Under the pieces are notes generated by a model, which saw nothing but the letters and a program-made list of their open reading frames with translations, had not been told where the DNA came from and ran no database searches. This document shows, one piece after another, positions 61,243 through 64,000 of a stretch of DNA of 64,000 nt (positions are counted from its first letter, which is position 1; each line of letters opens with the position of its first letter). Source of the stretch: Camelus dromedarius (Eukaryota); assembly GCF_036321535.1 (NCBI RefSeq), contig NC_087437.1:98024001-98088000 (forward strand). The letters run 5' to 3'. The translations under genes and the position numbers were made by a program.

Positions 61243-63441
61243 ATGCATGAACTACATAAGTGGGTCACAAATGACAATGTATGTAAGAATGCGCTATCCA
61301 ACGTGCACATTCAGACTCCAACTGCCTCTCAAATGCAGATGCAGGAAAAAAAAGTGGGATGAAGTAGAAAAAAAAAAAGGCAATATTTCTAATCAGCTTT
61401 TAGGTGAGTCTAATGGAGATTAGACTTCTGACCACACTCAGGTAAGAACGCTCCTAAAGAATTGAAAGGATTCCAAGACTCATTTGTACAAAACACTAGA
61501 ACTCAGAGTGTTATCATTATTCAATTCGGAGAGGCTTCCTTGGAGGTGAGAGAGGCCCACAGGGGCGGGCAACCTCTGCACAGGAGGTTTATTCCCGCAT
61601 CGTAAGCAAGACATTCAGGTGTAAAATCAGACTTCTCTCTGTCATTCCTCATGTAGTCCCGTCTAACCAGAGTTAAATTACATGCTCTTCAGAAATGATT
61701 TTTCAATCAAATTTTGGTCCCTGAGAATTAAACAGAATGGTAAGTACACTTGTGGCTATATATATTTAACATCTTGAAAATGAGGGTATCGAGCCAATAA
61801 AGAAAAAGAATTAATAAGATCTAGAAAAACTAAGCTGAAATATTTATATGCTTATGCTTACTCTGAAGAGGCTGGCCCAGTAATGATATTGACTAGATCC
61901 AGGAAAGAATATTTCAAATTAATGGCAATTTCCACTGTTAAACTGGAGGGTCTTAACATCCTCTTCTACCAATGGCTTTTTTCTTTTTGATGATGGACTC
62001 ATCAAAACCATATGTAAAGAGGGTTTATTTTAAGAATAATTTTGCAGCAGTATGGGTGGAATTAATTCTCTTTTCATTACTAACTATGCTTCCTGAATTT
62101 CTCCAGCCCCTTATATCCTTTACTATTACATGCCAGTTTTTCTTTTGCATATTTTCTGTTTTCATAAAATAGTGTATCGCAGTCATACTGTTTGAAAAAA
62201 AAATCTCTAAATCTCCAAATAAGTTTTGTTTTCTTTTTATTACTTTTTAAATAATTTTACTTTGTTTCTGTTCTTTGTACTTTCTGTTATAAAATAATGA
62301 AAACTCTGTTCTCGGAAATATCTTTACTTAAATTTTAATTTGATCTTGGGTAAATTCCAATTCATAGATTTCAAAGTTTGTTCTTTTCAGGCTTTTTTTC
62401 CCCTCAGAAAACTAAGGCCAAAATAAATTTAAAGATTTTTTAAAATTGATTTTAATTTACTGAAGTGAATATTATGAATATTCTGCCTGTTTATGATGCT
62501 GAAAGAAAACAATTAACATGAATTATAGATTAATTTCCCTTGATATCAAAGCTATGCCAGTCTTTCAATTGTAAAGTCCTGACTCAATTTATCCTCCACT
62601 TATTTAACAGGTGTAGTCTCAGTACCAGAGATGTAGGTTTAAATAAAATTATTCTTAGAAGAAGGAAATGGAGTAGATAAACTAAAAATGCTTCCAGCAC
62701 TCAACTTAATCTGATAAATTTTGTCTTAACCAACATAACACAGTCATGTTATCAGGGTATGTGACTATCTTTAGGGATTAAAATTCCAGGCACAAATCCT
62801 TGGCTAAATATACCCTGTGGAAGTTTCCTTCATCAGGCCCAATACTCTTTAGGACTGAAATGCTGTTAATATAACATGTCACATGGAAATACCATTTTGA
62901 AATGAAAATTGAGAGAAAGGGTCATTTTTTGTGGTCTTAGAGTTTGTAATAGATTCTTTAGAAGTCACTATCACTCCCACCTTGTATTTCCCTATATAGT
63001 CTCTTCTGTTTTATTGAAAGACGGTCTTTACCATTTCATCACTAGTATTCACTAAAATCATGGGTGACGAAGCACCTTGCTTTCGTTATTTCAATCAGCT
63101 TTACGGACAGCCTATCCTCAGGCACAGTAGACCACTCTTAAGTCGTTATGCAACTAACAGCTAAAACATAGTGTTTAAAATGAGAAAGAAATATTGTAGG
63201 TTGATATGTAGGGCACTAATTGCTTAGAAATACTCTGAGACTTCAAAGGAAGCTACTACACCCATAAAATTCAAGTCCACAAACTGTGGCCCTCTCTCTT
63301 CGACTAAATTTCTCCCTTCAATTTACAATGGCAACGACAGCCTTGGTCTCAGGCCATCAACTCTCTCTAGCACAGCATTAATCCCTAGGAAATGTCCTGT
63401 GACTCAGCTGCTCCTGCTGAAATGTCTGCTGAACTTCTTAG

Positions 63442-63476
63442 GTGCGTGCACATGCATGCGCACACACACACACACA
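63442..63476. repeat. Imperfect (CA)n / alternating purine-pyrimidine tract
   Basis: gtgcgtgcacatgcatgcgcacacacacacacac. Confidence 0.85.
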
Positions 63477-64000
63477 GCACGAACACATAATCACTTAAGG
63501 ATCTGAGACATGTCAAAGCTGAAAAGTCTTCCATAAAGGCTGTCATTTTTGTTCTTGGACAAAGAACAGATCACTAATCGGAAGCACTTTTCTTCAGACC
63601 AAGATTTTTTGCTGCTTTGTCAGTGTGGCTATAGTAGAACTATTTGCCAATTGTTCCTAAATTTAAAGCAAAAACAAAAACAAGAACAAAAACCACCATA
63701 TTTTGTAGAAAGAAAGTTTAAGAAAATAGAATACTTGAAGAGGTTTATGGAAAAATTCATAACTAAAAATAATCTGTAATATAGTTATACCTTCTTTATT
63801 CTTTATAGATAAATATACAATAATCAAGAAGTAACATGTGCTTATTGAAGAGGTGGAGGGATGAATGGATAGGGGGATGAATGTCTGTCTTAGGGAATGA
63901 ATACAGCTGGCATCCATGAGGTGAGGACAGAATCCAATCAAAATATATTAGTAAAACATTTCCTATGTTATAATTAAAAGAAAATATCTAAAATAATCCC

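Noticed and set aside
63022..63101. Segment RKAD*NNESK resembling SASH1 GKGDWKKKNK, followed by an ATG|gtaaag donor
   Set aside because: Several stops, no correctly placed acceptor, and the similarity is too short to distinguish from chance.
1..64000. Most ORFs in the six-frame track as standalone genes
   Set aside because: They are short and low-complexity, many start at non-ATG codons or lie inside L1, L2, MIR or MLT repeats. Only 40997-41344 (a SAMSN1 exon) and the L1 ORF2 pieces have recognisable homology.
1..64000. CRISPR array, operon or foreign (prokaryotic/viral) insert
   Set aside because: No regularly spaced repeats, long ORFs or compositional break; the sequence is consistent throughout with a mammalian gene locus.

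Overview
AT-rich mammalian genomic DNA, most likely from a camelid: it carries tRNA-derived Vic-like SINEs and I saw no Alu, B1, Bov-tA or PRE1 elements. The window covers the 5' half of SAMSN1 (HACS1/SLy2) on the minus strand. The canonical first coding exon (MLKRKPSNVSEKEKHQKPK) is at 10799-10855, behind a compact PU.1/GATA promoter. Exon 2 onward lies beyond the left edge. About 30 kb upstream, two exons (42538-42664 and 41009-41361) splice in frame and encode an alternative N-terminus resembling the paralog SASH1. Further upstream are weaker candidate exons (43.6, 50.9, 55.8 and 58.4 kb), some apparently decayed. The rest is intronic DNA with a 5'-truncated LINE-1, L1 fragments, L2, MIR, MaLR LTRs, MER5/MER102 DNA-transposon relics and microsatellites. 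Almost all ORFs in the supplied track are spurious. I found no prokaryote-type system (CRISPR, operon etc.). Repeat boundaries and subfamily names are approximate and called by eye; comparisons to SAMSN1 and SASH1 proteins are from memory, not database searches.
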